Positions 49,177 to 63,215 of a stretch of 64,000 nucleotides of DNA are shown here, piece by piece (position 1 is the stretch's first letter; every line of letters starts with the position of its first letter). The stretch is from Octopus sinensis. Taxonomy: Eukaryota. The stretch is taken from positions 28,532,464 through 28,596,463 of the forward strand of contig NC_043011.1 of NCBI RefSeq assembly GCF_006345805.1, written 5' to 3'. Made by a program: the position numbers and the translations under genes. The notes under the pieces are model-generated. The model had not been told where the DNA came from. It made no database searches and was given only the letters and a program-made list of their open reading frames with translations.

Positions 49177-50009
49177 AAAACATTATTCCTAAATCTCTCA
49201 AAGAGATATATGTAGCAGTTCTTAAAAGTAAAGGCTATTTGCCAACATAATGTGGCTGTCCTTGAATGGTCGATTGTTACTGTTGCTTGGCCCCAGGAAA
49301 CATCGTTTCCTGCTGACTATACGACACGATATCTGTGTCCTTATATTTATCAGATCAGTGACTGTGGGTCACTTTGGAAGCTATATATTTTCGAACGGTG
49401 AGTTCAGCATCGCCACCCAGCCAACCAGCTACTCTGTGTTGATAAAGTGTAATAACCCAGAAACAGATGTTGTTTTGTGCTCGATGGTGGTGCTGTACTC
49501 CTGGTTCGAAAATATAAGATGTTTCCTGGGGCTAAACAACAGTAATAATCATCCGTTCCAGGGCAGCCACATAAAATTAACAAATAGCCTTTACTTTACA
49601 CACACGCGCACACACACACATACATACGTACACACACACACACACACACACACACATACGCACACATATATATATATACGTATATATATATACAGATATA
49701 TACAAACATACACGCACAAAAACATACACAATTATATACATATATATATACATACATATATACATATACATGTATATATATATATATACATATACATATA
49801 CATACATATATATATACAAATATATATACATACATATATATATATATATATATAATATATATATATATATAATATATATATATATAATATATATATATGC
49901 ATACATATATACTCTTTACTCTTTTTACTTGTTTCAGTCATTTGACTGCGGCCATGCTGGAGCACCGCCTTTAAAAAAATATCTGTGCATAGGCCGGATA
50001 TATATATAT

Positions 50010-50210
50010 AGGGAGAATTCACGAAAAAAACAAAAGACGAAAACAGTTGGTGTAGAAAACAAACAGATGTATTAGTATAAATCTCGGAAATTGAAAAAAT
50101 CTTTAACGTTTCGAGCCTACGCTCTTCCACAGAAAGGAACACACAAAGAAACAAGGAGAGAAAAAAATGTGTGTAATGGCAACCAATCTATCATGGCGAA
50201 TATATATATA
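50010..50210 (-). mobile_element. PLE pLTR-like insert in (TA)n
   Basis: TA-flanked on both sides and carries a hammerhead variant. Confidence 0.65.
50101..50136 (-). ncRNA. Minimal hammerhead motif, A6U core variant
   Basis: CTTT-CTGTGGA-A-GAGC-gtag-GCTC-GAAA-CG-T-T-AAAG. Confidence 0.55.
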
Positions 50211-51591
50211 TTTATGCATAATGCCGTATGAGTACAGCCAATGCGAAAAGACAATTACACGCATCAAGTTTATTGGAGTCTATTTCATTATTTCCCTTGA
50301 ACAAGGAAAAAGAATTCGAAGTAAATAAAAATATTTCTTCTTGTAACTATTATAACAGTTCATTTCTCTAAGCTAATCTTGAATTATATTCTAGGAATAT
50401 TGACATCAAGGATCGAACAAACTCACAAACACACATTTTTTTTCTTTTTTGTATATTATTTCTTTTTCGTTTTGCATAAAGATTAAACTCATTTCTGTTG
50501 CTAATATTTCAATCGTTTCTTCAGTTTTAATGGTACAATTTATATAAACAACCAGCCGTATTTATGGCGGCTCTGGTACCCCGCTGATGAAGGCATTAAG
50601 TGATGATAGACTCCAAGGAGCTTTTAAATGCTAGAAGCAATTTCGTTTCCATTGATTTGCTATAGTCTTTATGTACGTATTTATTTCAAACCGTGGGTTG
50701 ATTTACTTTTGAAGTGTCACTTCGTTTTATACATACAATGCGAGCGTGTGTGTGTGTGGTTGTATCCTGTTACTTGCCCTAATATCTATGTAATTTTGTA
50801 CGCATATGTATATGTATGTGTGTGTATATATAGACAGATAGATAATTTAGATCGATAGATAGATAGAGAGATAGAAAGATAAATAGATAGATAAATATGT
50901 AGATATATGTGTGTATGTGTGTTCACACACACTCATTTCCTAATATGTGTGCAAATAACTATGGAATTCTTGTTTATACATGTATATACGAGTTTATATA
51001 TATATAGATAGATAGATAGATAGATAGATATAAACACACCATGCACAGAGATACATAAATACACATACACACACACTCATGGTGCCAAAGATTTAAGAGG
51101 TTCGTTTCGCATTAACAATCTTCAAATTTTTATGTTTTTGCTTGGCGTCTTGTGGAAATGTCATTTTCTATAACCTTGGGACGTCCCATAGCTTCTGAGT
51201 AAAAACGGTTTGACGGACACCGTATAAAAGTCTGTGAGGCAGATTATACCTGTTAATCAAAAGGTATAGCTTCGTTGCACATTTTGTCAACCTGATTCTG
51301 CCATTCAATTAAGTTAAGGGTACACCTGTCAGCGCAATGCTCGGTCATTTATATGTCAATAAAATTAGCAGAGAATGCATTTGATTGAACAACTGAGTCT
51401 TCGTCGATGAAGCTGACGGCGATCAGTTGACATTTGTACATGTGTATGTGAGAGAGAGAGAGGGTGTATACATACACGCACATGTGAGTGTGTGTGTGTT
51501 TATGTGCATGTGCATGTGTCTGCGTGTGTGTGTGTGCATATGTATATAATGTATATATAATAAATAGAATAACTATTTCACCCAGTATATC

Positions 51592-51791
51592 GATGAGATT
51601 CGAGAACGGAGCGGAGTGAACATGATGGCAGAATACCGAAGACACAAGTTCCGCGGGGCCGGATATATCGCAAGGTCAACAAGTGGACCCGTACAGTTGC
51701 CGAGTGGTATCCAAGAAATCAGAAAATGCCACTCAGAAGGCCCTCACGACGGTGAGAAGGCGATTTAAATAAACGATTTGAACCAAGATGG
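51592..51791 (+). mobile_element. RTE-clade LINE C-terminal fragment
   Basis: EIRERSGV...KFRGAGYIAR / NKWTRTVAEWYPRNQKMPLRRPSRR*EGDL resembles the RTE motif WAGHIAR...WT...WYP...GRP..RW.DD. Confidence 0.75.
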
Positions 51792-51915
51792 AAAAAGAAG
51801 AACGCAATCAAGAAACAATTGAAAGTGCAATTTAATCAGCGATGTGTAACAAGAAACGATAGTCTGGTCGATACAGAAATACAGTGACATCAAGAATATT
51901 TCCTTCCTCCTGTTA

Positions 51916-52482
51916 TTGGATTGTCCGGAAAGTTCGTGCCGATTTATAGTAGCTTACATTTCGACTTATTTTAGAACATGGTTGAGCCCATAAAATAGGA
52001 TTTGACTATACCTCCATTTAGAGCATAGTTTAAGCTATCTTTTAGTGGGAGAAGGTTTATGTTCCTATAACCTGTGTTAATTCTGTAACCCTTTTAAAAT
52101 GGAAGGTAAGAAAGTTCATTTTCAGCACTCGATGCTTTGGGAACCAGACAAAAAGTGCTGCAGCTCGGCTGGGATATGTCACCCCACCCTCTATATTCAC
52201 CAGATATTGCCCCTTCGGATTTCCACTTATTCAGGTCTCTGCAGAATAGTCTTAATGGTAAAAATTTCAATTCCTTGGGTGACGTAAAAAGATACCATGA
52301 TGAATTCTTTGCCATGAAACCAAATCAACTCTGGGAAGAGGGTATTTTCAAGTTAAAGAAAAGATGGAGACGCATTGTGGAACAAAATGGTTCATATTTG
52401 GTTGATTAAAAATGCAAAGGCAGGTATTTATTGGCCTTTTTCTTTCCTTTAAAAATCAGCACGAACTTTTCGGACAACCCAG
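51916..52482 (+). mobile_element. Mariner internal-deletion derivative (same deletion as 23991-24551)
   Basis: TIRs TTGGATTGTCCGGAAAGTTCGT / ACGAACTTTTCGGACAACCCAG, TA flanks and YSPDIAPSDFHLF motif. Confidence 0.9.
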
Positions 52483-52879
52483 TAGAGTGTTCTTCTAAGT
52501 CTTCTTCGAAAGGCCAATGAATTTGATTATAATAATTTCACAAATTTCAGAAATTAGCAAATAATGAACTTCAGCATGACAACGACCAAGCATACTGTAA
52601 TGAACGTAAAGGAACTCATAAAAAGAAGCAAAGCCATGGAAAACTAAATGCTGCAGTGGCCAATACGTACGTCGATTTGTACCGCGTTTAGATTATGAAT
52701 ATTTAATTGTTTGATCACTTAAATTACATGGTCTTCCAATTAGTGCACGAACGTTCTACAGGCACGCTTAACTTCAACGTAATACTGTTTCACAATCAAC
52801 AGGATTTGACAAGGATCAGGTAAAATCTAATTCATCTGACACCTTTTGCACAATTTTTGACTTCACAATTTCCCCTCAG

Positions 52880-53115
<236 letters not shown>

Positions 53116-53454
53116 GAAGGATATAAATTCCTCTTATTTTTCTCTCTTTCGCTAAGCAAAATGACTGCCTATCACTGTTTCACTCACAACTTTTCTGCCG
53201 CTACACACTCTTTTCTCTGCTTGTCTGACTGTCGCCGTTTCTCCCACACTCTCATCCCCTCTTCTCTCTCTCTCCCACTCTGTGCATATCTCACCGTTAA
53301 ATTTATTCTAGGTTTTCCTCGCCAGTATTTTTCTGTTTTTTAACCTCTACCTCCTCCGCCATCTCTCTGTCTTTACCATAAACACATAGAAACAGCCACA
53401 TGCTTGCAACTGATTTTTTGTCACATGCTAAACATTCTCTTTTTCCATATTTTC

Positions 53455-53655
53455 CTTTCTACTATAGACACGAGGCCAGAAAGTTTAGGGGAGGAACCTT
53501 GTCGATTACTTCGACTCAAATACTTATTTTATCGACCCCGGAAGGATAGAAGGCAAAATCAACCTCAGTGTAATTTGAACTCAGAACATAGACAGGAGAA
53601 ATGCGGTTAAGCATTTTCTCCGGCGTTCTAACAATTCTACTTGCTGGCAGCCAAT
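53455..53655 (-). mobile_element. SINE-A copy
   Basis: Family motifs in reverse complement. Confidence 0.75.
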
Positions 53656-53667
53656 AATAATAATAAT

Positions 53668-53739
<72 letters not shown>

Positions 53740-53740
53740 C

Positions 53741-53775
<35 letters not shown>

Positions 53776-53788
53776 AATGATAATGATA

Positions 53789-53820
<32 letters not shown>

Positions 53821-53843
53821 TGATGATGATGATGATGATGATG

Positions 53844-53895
<52 letters not shown>

Positions 53896-53906
53896 TGATG
53901 ATGATG

Positions 53907-53977
<71 letters not shown>
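53655..53977. repeat. Compound (AAT)n/(AAC)n/(GAT)n microsatellite
   Basis: Direct reading. Confidence 0.95.
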
Positions 53978-53978
<1 letters not shown>

Positions 53979-54515
53979 CAGTAGCAGACAGTGGCTCTCA
54001 TGGCTCCTGATCTTAACTGATTGAAAGTCTTATCATGTACATTGTTTTGTCTTGGTATAAAAGATGGGCTACAGCAAATATTCTGTTCAATACCACAGAT
54101 TTGATTGTCAGTTGTTTGACGTTAACCAGTTGACGATGTCTCCTAGTGGCTGACGATACGTGCATCTCTGATCACGAGCAGAAGTAGTGGGGGAGCAGCA
54201 TAACCGTGCGTTGAAAGGAATTCTTAGAGGTTTGGATAATTCACTTTGGGAACAAGGGTGGTTCGTTCAACATCCATAAACAATCTTTATTCAGGGACCT
54301 TTTGAGTGGGATGGGCCACTCGACCAGAAGAAAATTCTAACTGGGCCCCACCTGCAAGGTCATGCGCTGTTTATCTTGATATGAGATCACCATGTCGCGC
54401 ACATATGGGTGTGATGCATGTGCCTGGTGTACCCTTATCAGACGAGTATACTGGGCTTCGTATATTTTACCCCAGTGTCACTTTGATGGCATGCACTGCT
54501 CTCTCATTCAATAAT
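53978..54515. mobile_element. Interspersed repeat D (about 540 bp), second copy at 62765-63215
   Basis: Shared colinear motifs CATGGCTCCTGATCTTAACTGATT, GCAAATATTCTG, GAAGAAAATTCT and GTGCCTGGTGTACCCTTATC; ends in an AAT-type tract. Confidence 0.7.
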
Positions 54516-54539
54516 AATAATATTATTATTAATAGTAAT

Positions 54540-54752
54540 CCTTTCTACTATAGGCACAAGGCCTGAAATTTTGCGGAAGGGAACTAGTGGATTACATAGT
54601 CCTCAGTGTTTCACTGGTACTTAAATTATCAACCCCGAAAGGATGAAAGGCAAAGTCGACCGCAGCAGAATTTGAACCCAGTACATAACGACGGGTGAAA
54701 TACCTCTAAGCATTTCGTCCTGCGTGCTAATGATTCTGCCAGCTCGCCGCCT
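54540..54752 (-). mobile_element. SINE-A copy (short tail)
   Basis: GGCACAAGGCCTGAAATT ... CTGCCAGCTCGCCGCC. Confidence 0.85.
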
Positions 54753-54864
54753 TTCTCGTCTCATTTATTGAATATAACTCTTACGTAATAACTCTTACAT
54801 TGATTTATAACTCTTACATTATAACTCTTCCCCACCAATCTGTCTCTCTCTCCTTTCTCCCTCC

Positions 54865-54903
<39 letters not shown>

Positions 54904-55138
54904 ACACATACATACACACAGTCTTTCTATAATCCTCTCTTTCGTTCTTTTTACTTCTCATTTACTCTAATCCCCTTTATTCCCCCTTTATCACTTTTCC
55001 TCACTTCCTCTCTCCTCTGGTATTTATTCACTCCCCTTCCTGCTATACCTTTTTTTCTTACTCTCTCTTGTCTCTGTCTACCTGCCTCCCACTTCTCTCT
55101 CCCTCACAAACACACACAATTACAAACACGCACACACA

Positions 55139-55184
<46 letters not shown>

Positions 55185-55369
55185 TACACACTCACCCAAT
55201 TACACACGCGCATACACACACATATCAAGTATAATAGCTCTCACTTTACTTATTAAGTTACCCTGTGTATGTTTCCAAGCCACGAGAAATTTATCCGAAG
55301 TTATTATATCAGTCCACGTTCATTCACAAAAATACTCTAGTAATCTAAAATATACCGATTAGACCATGC

Positions 55370-55408
55370 TTCGCTGAACAGCTTTAATAAGACCGAAACA
55401 TGTCCGGA
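55370..55408 (+). ncRNA. Degenerate hammerhead motif
   Basis: TTCG-CTGAACA-GCTTTAATAAGACC-GAAA-CATG-T-C-CGGA: ACATGT palindrome and GUC intact, G8 and stem II damaged. Confidence 0.45.
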
Positions 55409-56813
55409 TTTGCCTGATATTTAACTTACTACTAATGATCAGTGTCATTCGCACTACATTCCAAATTCAATAAATATCAGTTAGAATTTTGTGGTCGTCT
55501 CCCTTGTTGTCGCACCTTTTTTTGTTGTATTCGAGTCAGACATTTAGAAAATTATTCTTTTCATCGCAGGCGTGATATAATTGATTGATATTCCTAGGCT
55601 TGCTTCCTAAAGTACGCTAGAGCCAACCTAACAATCAAGTTTCCTAGCACAGACGCCTGATAGTAACTCGGGCTACTTTTGAATAAATTAGAAACACACA
55701 CATAAACAGATACATACCTGCATGTACATGTAAACACGCACAAACACATATGGGAGTAGAGTTAATTTTCTTCTTCTCTAGAGATTTTAATTTGTAAATT
55801 TACTTCCTCAACATGGCTAACAAAGCTCCACTGCCAGGCGAGCAGTATATCGAACAAGTTGTCACTTAGAACAATCGTGTTGCTTGCCTAATTCTGTTAG
55901 CCTCTATAATAGTCGCTTCATTTGTCAGTGATATTTGTAGTGACTTTGTCAGTTTTTGATTGGGCATCAACATCACAGAAGGATCCCTGGACATGTGCAT
56001 TGGTATAGTATCCATAGGCGAAGTAAAAAGTCGAACCGCTTCTTATTATCTCGCCTTACAACCAATAGATTATGGCAACGAGATTTCACTTTCCTTCTTT
56101 CATAGGGATACCTTCATTGATGAAGAAATGTTCATCCCATTCACATTGTACCTTCTTTCCTACTACCAACCCATCTGTCACTACTAAGTTTGTTTTACAG
56201 TTATATTGAAGAAACGGAACCTGACAGTCTGCGTGCATTGTATAATCCACAACATTTCAATCATATGGTTCTTTACCACATGTGTCTTCTGATTCTTAAG
56301 CATGCCTGTTTTAAGTGCAACAGCCAGCCTATGTAGCACGTCATGCTCACGTCTATTGTTTACAGATTATCGAGAGCTTCGCAATAGAATGTGAGGCTTT
56401 TTTTTATACCAATAACAAATTACCAGTTTTTTTATTCGATAATTTTGCAACAAACGTTAATAGAATCTTGATGGCTGCATGGTGATGTTATATCTTTTAG
56501 AAGAGACACTTGCAAAGTACTTAGCTTTCGCGCGTTTAACCTTACTGCATTTTATTTATATTCTACATTCGTCCTCGGTATGACCTCAAGTGATTATGTG
56601 GCAGAAGAGCATTTGCAACATTGATGATAGGATTGTTTATATTGCTATATATTGTTTTTTTCTATTGGACCAGGAGGAGGTAGTGAGTTATAGGGCCTTA
56701 CTTCGGTTGAGAGTAAATATGATAAATTTTGTCCTATTGCTATATATAGTTCGTGGGTTTAGTGCAAAATTAAGCTTCATAACAAATCTTTAGATTCAAT
56801 GATCCGTATACTT

Positions 56814-56847
56814 CTGACTGACGAGACTAAACATGTCGAAACATCAG
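56814..56847 (+). ncRNA. Hammerhead-like core lacking a complete cleavage triplet
   Basis: CTGA-CTGACGA-GAC-taaacat-GTC-GAAA-CA-TCAG. Confidence 0.4.
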
Positions 56848-57920
56848 TGTTCCAAAATTCCTTGCACCAATGTAACGAACACAGCCGTTGTAAAAAGAAG
56901 GAACTGTTCTCTTGTGGCGACATAACAGCGATTTAATATTTACATTCAAATCTGCTGGAACATATATAGAATAAATACGCACGTCATCGTTCGCCTGATA
57001 GTGCTACGCTTTTGACATTTTTTACAATAACACCGCCTCTAACTAACAAGTCGTACTTCACATTCAACAGTTATTCACGTCTCCCGTTGACAGTTCCCAC
57101 ATTTTCTGAATAGCCAATCGGAAAATCGCAGTTGGTGATTGGTGAATCTATTATTCATTTTGCATTTAATTATAGTATATAATTACCAGCTGGGTTTTTT
57201 TCGTACTCTCTTGTACTTTTTAGAGGCATATGCATTTTCGTTATGTGTAATCATTCTTTTGATCCCATTCGATGGTTGATGCTAATTGCAACACGATACC
57301 CAAAGATATTCAACGTTCACTACAAAGTGGGAGCTTAATTTCCGCTAGGTGTTCTTTAGCAATTTGATCAATCCTAGATAACATCAAGTCACAAGATTTT
57401 TCTATCGATTAGTGCTACAACTGCTCGTCTATTTAATACCGTGCTGATATAAAGAGAAATTCGCTTTAAATCTTTCTCTGAGGTGTCTTTTGTATCATTT
57501 CCTATCATTTACCCATTTCTATTCATTCGTATGCGACTCACGCTGTTCCGTATAATGACTTTTGGCATATATTTGTCTTAGCGTGACGCATTTTGTTCTA
57601 GTTGTGTTTCGTGTTATTAGCTATTTTCTACAGAGCAGAATCCATTCGGCTCTTGAAATTTCTGATACAGCTTCATTGCTGTGAACAATAAATCATCATC
57701 CTCTGCGGCAGCAGCATCGTCATCATCGTCATCATAATCATTATCATCGTTTTAGCGTCCTTTTTCCGGTGCTTGCATGATTCGGAGATATTTTGTTGAG
57801 GTAAAATTTCTACGGTCGGATATCGTTCCAGTCATCAACCCTCTCCTCTCTGCAAACGAGGCAATATTTCACCATGGCCAGAATATTGCAATGGAATGAC
57901 ATATATTAAAAAAAAAAAAA

Positions 57921-58236
57921 GACTCCGCCGGTTACGACGACGAGGGTCCCAGCTGATACGATCAACGGAACAGCTTGCTCGTGAAATTAACGTGCAAATG
58001 GCTGAGCATTCCACAGACACGTGTACCCTTAACGTAGTTCTCGGGGATAATCAGCGTGACACAGAGAGTGACAAGGCTGACCCTTTGAAATACAAGTACA
58101 ACTCATTTTTGCCAGCTGAGTGGACTGGAGCAACGTGAAATAAAGTGTCTTGCTCAAGGACACAACGCGTCGCCGGGAATCGAACTCACAACCTTACGAT
58201 CATGAGCCGAATGCCCTAACCACTAAGCCACGCGCC
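57921..58236 (-). mobile_element. Full-length SINE-C
   Basis: Minus-strand head GGCGCGTGGCTTAGTGGTTAGGGCATTCGGCTCATGATCGTAAGGTTGTGAGTTCGATTCCCGGCG with A and B boxes. Confidence 0.9.
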
Positions 58237-59023
58237 CTCACTGACATATATTTACAACAATCACGCGATGCTTATCGGAAAGTCGCATTTGGTGATTGGT
58301 GAATTCATTATTCATTTGCATCTACTGATAGTAATGTAACCATTTGAGGTATCTTTCTAGATTTCTCTTGAATTGGTGCTGGGCTTGATAAAATTTTAAA
58401 ATCCTCCAAAATTTTTCTTGATAGTACAGTCACTTGTAGTAACAACCGACTTTGATTCCTTCCATCGCCATAGTGTAAGTATGAATACTCAATGTATTAT
58501 TTCAAGTTTAATTCTGCCAAGATATTCTCTAAAAAAATCCGTTCCCTCCGCTTATACAAAAAAGATATTTTCCGTTATCTTTGCATAATTGTATAAATGT
58601 CAAAAGATTAGAATATACTTGGTAATTATTACATGAAAAGAACAGTCTATTGCGTCAAGGTGACGCCATATTTCATGTGTGTGGTGTGTGTGTACGAATG
58701 TTTGTATATATATATTTGAGTATCTGTCAATGAATGTATACATATATATATGTATATGTATATGTATGTATGTATTTAGTGCACAATATATGGTTTTAGC
58801 TAATCCGGTAATATTCACAAAAAGCTCCTTTAGAGGACTAGGCTACAAACCACTTAGTAAGCTAATACATAGGCGTGAAACGTAGAGTCGTATGCAGTTG
58901 AAATCCAGTAAATCCAGTAAATTCAATTAATGGTTATTTCATTGGGAGTATATAGAATATATCTTATGGATATAAACTGGTGTAATAAATGTGTTCATCT
59001 CATTACCCCTGACTTTTTTATAT

Positions 59024-59135
<112 letters not shown>

Positions 59136-59831
59136 TATATATATATATATATATAATTGCGTGGTGGGTGTCGTGCGTGTTGATGGAAGAAGGGGAAAAT
59201 ATATGGTATGTATGCGACCGACCATCCTTCCTATGAATACGCTTTCCTTCAGCAACCTGTCCAATGAGATGCATGATATGTAATTTTGAACAATAAACAC
59301 TCGAGCTGCTGCCAGGGACGCCAATTGTTCAGCAAAAGATAAGTCGTTAGACGCATGGTCGAAGTAGGAAATCGTGCATTTAAGAAGAAATATAATATAG
59401 TGAACTATAGCTCTTTCTCAAGGGCACCAGTGACGTAAATAGAATTAGTTCCTTGTACAATTAGTCCCCGAATTGCATCCATGGCCAAATATTCAATTTG
59501 TATCTATGCTACATTATTGTGCACATAGAAAAGGATAAATATTCATTTATCCAGCGTATGCAGGTGCCGTAAAAGGCTTCAGTGTCCCGACCTTTTAATG
59601 TTATCGGTTCCATTAATAGGTGACCTTCTTTGTCGATGTCTTTGAATAGGGTCATTCCAGTTATACGTTGTGATGCTAATAACTGTCCTACTTGAAATCA
59701 AACTCGATTTACTGGAAGATTTTTTACTGAAAGAACGCACTAAAGCGAGATATTCGATTCGAACGAATAGCTAATCTCTTATATGCATTCAATACTTTTC
59801 CTGCTCTTCGTAAACATGAACAACGAAAAGC

Positions 59832-59912
<81 letters not shown>

Positions 59913-59941
59913 TATATGTATGTGTGTGTGTGTGTGTGTGT

Positions 59942-59980
<39 letters not shown>

Positions 59981-59984
59981 TTTT

Positions 59985-60245
59985 TTCTACTTTTTCAGTC
60001 ATTTGATTGCCGCCATGCTGCAGCACCGCCTTTAGTCGAATAAATCGACCTCAGGACTTATTCTTTGCAAGCCTGGTACTTATTCTATCGGTTTCTTTTG
60101 CCGAACCGCTAAGTTACGAGGATGTAATCACATCAACATCGGTGTCAAGCGATGGTGGGGAGACGAACACAGACACACTAATACACACACACATATAAAC
60201 ACACATATACACACATACATACATACATAATACATACATAATACC

Positions 60246-60281
<36 letters not shown>

Positions 60282-60430
60282 CGATGGGCCTCTTTCAGTT
60301 TCTGTCTACCAAATCCACTCACAAAGCTTTGGCCAACCTGAGGCAGTAGTAGAAGTCACTTGTCCAAGGTGTCACGCAGTGGGACTGAACCCGGAACCAT
60401 TTGGTTAGGAAGCATGCTTCTTACCTCTGA
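59985..60430 (-). mobile_element. SINE-B copy
   Basis: Family motifs with internal (CA)/(TA) tract. Confidence 0.85.
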
Positions 60431-61012
60431 GTCACTGCTATGTAAGTAATTACTTAAGCATTGGATATCTACCTAGTAGTTAGTCGGTGAAAAACCTTTA
60501 CTACCTATGGCTACCTGACGTCATTCACGGTATTTACACAACTATTGTTGGATATACCTCACGAAGTCTTCAGAGTTCGTCGATTATATAACAAACGATA
60601 GAGACATAATATAGAATATACGAGGTACTTTATTGCTCACAGCGATCGTTTCTACCCATACTCAATCGAACCCTAACGGCGTAAACCTACGGTCACTAAA
60701 GGTGTGCCGTATTAAAACCGAGTAAAACAGGGTTTATTTAACGAAACACCTCTTGTAAAATCACCTAACGAGACGCTTCAGCAACGAGTGATGCACCACA
60801 ACCAGTTGTACAGAATCCCACCCGCGAGGGATCAATGCATGATGGGTCGAAATACTTGTAGTGAGCAATAATGTTTCTGATATATTCCATTTACTGTCTC
60901 TATTATTTGTTATATATATATATATATAATATATAATATATATAATATATAATATAATATATTATTATATATATATATATATAATATATATATCATTACT
61001 CGAAAATAGCCA

Positions 61013-61071
61013 GATAACCGAAGAGATGGTGTTGTGGAATCCACTTTGGCATCTGAAACTCAGAGTTTATC
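61013..61071 (+). ncRNA. Hammerhead motif, U4C variant; same family as 39417-39477
   Basis: GATAA-CCGAAGA-GATG-gtgttGTGGAaTCCACtttgg-CATC-T-GAAA-CTC-a-GAG-T-T-TATC; flanks 60994-61017 and 61067-61087 extend stem I. Confidence 0.55.
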
Positions 61072-61169
61072 TGACTATCGAGTAATGTAACATATTATTG
61101 TATAGATAAATTTCCTCTATTTACATAATATTGAGGTCTCTTTCTTTCTTTTGTTATCTTACCGTTTTA

Positions 61170-61214
<45 letters not shown>

Positions 61215-62764
61215 ATATATATATATATATATATATTAAAAATGAGGAAGGCTGGTTTCTCGTCCATAAAGGGTTTAGCTTTCTGGCGTATCGTCAGATC
61301 CCAAAAACTTGTCCGCCCATGACCTCTTAAAATATATATGGAGGTAATTAGACATATGAGGCGGATAGCATTCTACCACGACCTAACTACACCAGCCCCG
61401 GAGGGCAACAACTATGGAATCAGACCACCGAAATGCCCATAAAATACAGTGTACATTTAAACAGTAGATTTTTTTAAAATTAGGATGTATAAACAATAGG
61501 CACATAGTTGATTGCCTTGTGTTTTTATATATTTAATCTAAGGTGTACCTGTTGAAGATTTCACCTAGCAAATATTATTTATTTGCTAAACTAAAATCAG
61601 AACCAACTGGTCCAGGAAACTAGATGGTAAAAATTTTTATTTTTTCCTTTCGTTCCCGTCGAATTTTATCCCTAATTTTTGTGGTTATAGAACCTCACTG
61701 TTTTTTCTAGCGTGTTGAATCCCACGAGTGGATTCCTTATATGGTTAAATGTATACTGTATTTTTTGAGTAATACATAGCCTTTGGACTAAATTTTTACA
61801 CGCTAGGCCACTGGAAGTGAAAATTTCTATTAATTTCCATTTCCCTTCGATATGATTATATGATTATATATATATATATATATACTTTCCAAGGTATTCA
61901 TTTTACTCCGATTTTAATTTTACCGATGAATTGTATGATATACTTCTATCTCATGCTATTTTTATGTCCCTCAAAAAATAATGGCGGCACGTCTTATTCT
62001 ACCTCGAACCACTTATTTTGCTTCTCCAATGCGTTGTATACTGAACATCTATAGCAACCCTGTGGTTACGACCCTTGAAACACTCCTAGGGTATATGAAG
62101 GATCATTATTACAAACATATTCAATCATTTAGTTCAAGAAATATTTAAAATTGCACATCTTTGTTACAATTCCTCTCGAAAATTAGGGTCTCAGAAACCG
62201 AATTCCCGCACCCAGTAACAAATAGTATCGTCGATATCGACATCCAATAGGTCAATGTATCATGAATCTTCATATATGAGAAACGGATATTTTCCAGATA
62301 TTACATTAACCAGTAACATTTCTTAACTGAAGGACAGAGGTATTACTTCACTGTCGGTATTGGACTCTATTTCTTCTGGATAGCTTATAGATACCTGATT
62401 CTCCAAGTCTAACATTCGTAATTGATTGTTCTCGGGTTTAGGGAGATACACGAAATTGTTTCAACTTCGTGACCAAAGACTTATGAAAGTGAATTGTCTC
62501 TATTTATCAAATACTAATCCAGTCACTTTCACCCGGCAACTCAGCTGTAGTATTATAATTACAATAACAATTTCTTTTCTCGCCTTAATCCCACATTTAT
62601 ACAGTCGATTGGAACGACCTTTATATAGGACAGGTACTTATTTTATAGGTCTCGGAAGTTGAAACAAAAAGAAAGAAAAAACTCCTACAGGGCTTTACCA
62701 AATACATGTCCTACAGGACATAACCAAATGCTCCAAGGAATTTTTATCTACAATTCTACCGAGT

Positions 62765-63215
62765 TAGCCAGGCTTTCATGGCTTCTGATCTCAACTGATT
62801 GTTGTAAAAAATCGGCTACAGAAAATATTCTGCTCAATACCAGATATTTGCTTGTCAGTTGCTTGATCTTATACAGTTGAGCATGTCCTTTAGTGGCTGA
62901 TGATATGTGCATCTCTGAAAACGAACAGGAGCAGTGGAGTATCACCATAGCTATGTGCCGAGAGAGATTCTTTGGGGTTTGAATAATTCACCTCTGGAAA
63001 CATGGGTGTTTCATTGATCATCCTTAAACAACCCTTCAGTGACCTTTGAGCAGGTTGAGCTACTCAACCTGAAGAAAATTCTGACTACAAGGTCATGTAC
63101 CGTATATCTTAATATAAGGTCACCATGTCGTGTACATATGGCTGTGAGACATGTGCCTGGTGTACCCTTATCGGACGAGAAGTCATGATCGGTATATTGC
63201 TAATGTTGCTCTCTA
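62765..63215. mobile_element. Interspersed repeat D, second copy
   Basis: Colinear similarity to 53978-54515. Confidence 0.7.

Noticed and set aside
50580-50620. CTGATGA core at about 50585 (also 13100, 25290, 60570, 62897)
   Set aside because: No correctly placed GAAA or stems downstream
55960-56187. Candidate host exon or ORF, and similar short ORFs at 59200-59830 and 61220-62660
   Set aside because: No recognisable domain, no convincing splice context and stops in all frames; possibly old TE debris
57921-58236. tRNA genes at SINE heads (also 41969, 7864)
   Set aside because: A/B boxes are present, but acceptor stems are not closed and each continues into a repeat body; called SINEs
57110-58345. 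Diverged ~80-bp direct repeat (57110-57195 and 58268-58345) with GGTGATTGGTGAAT
   Set aside because: Real similarity, but too short and unbounded to assign as LTRs or a regulatory module
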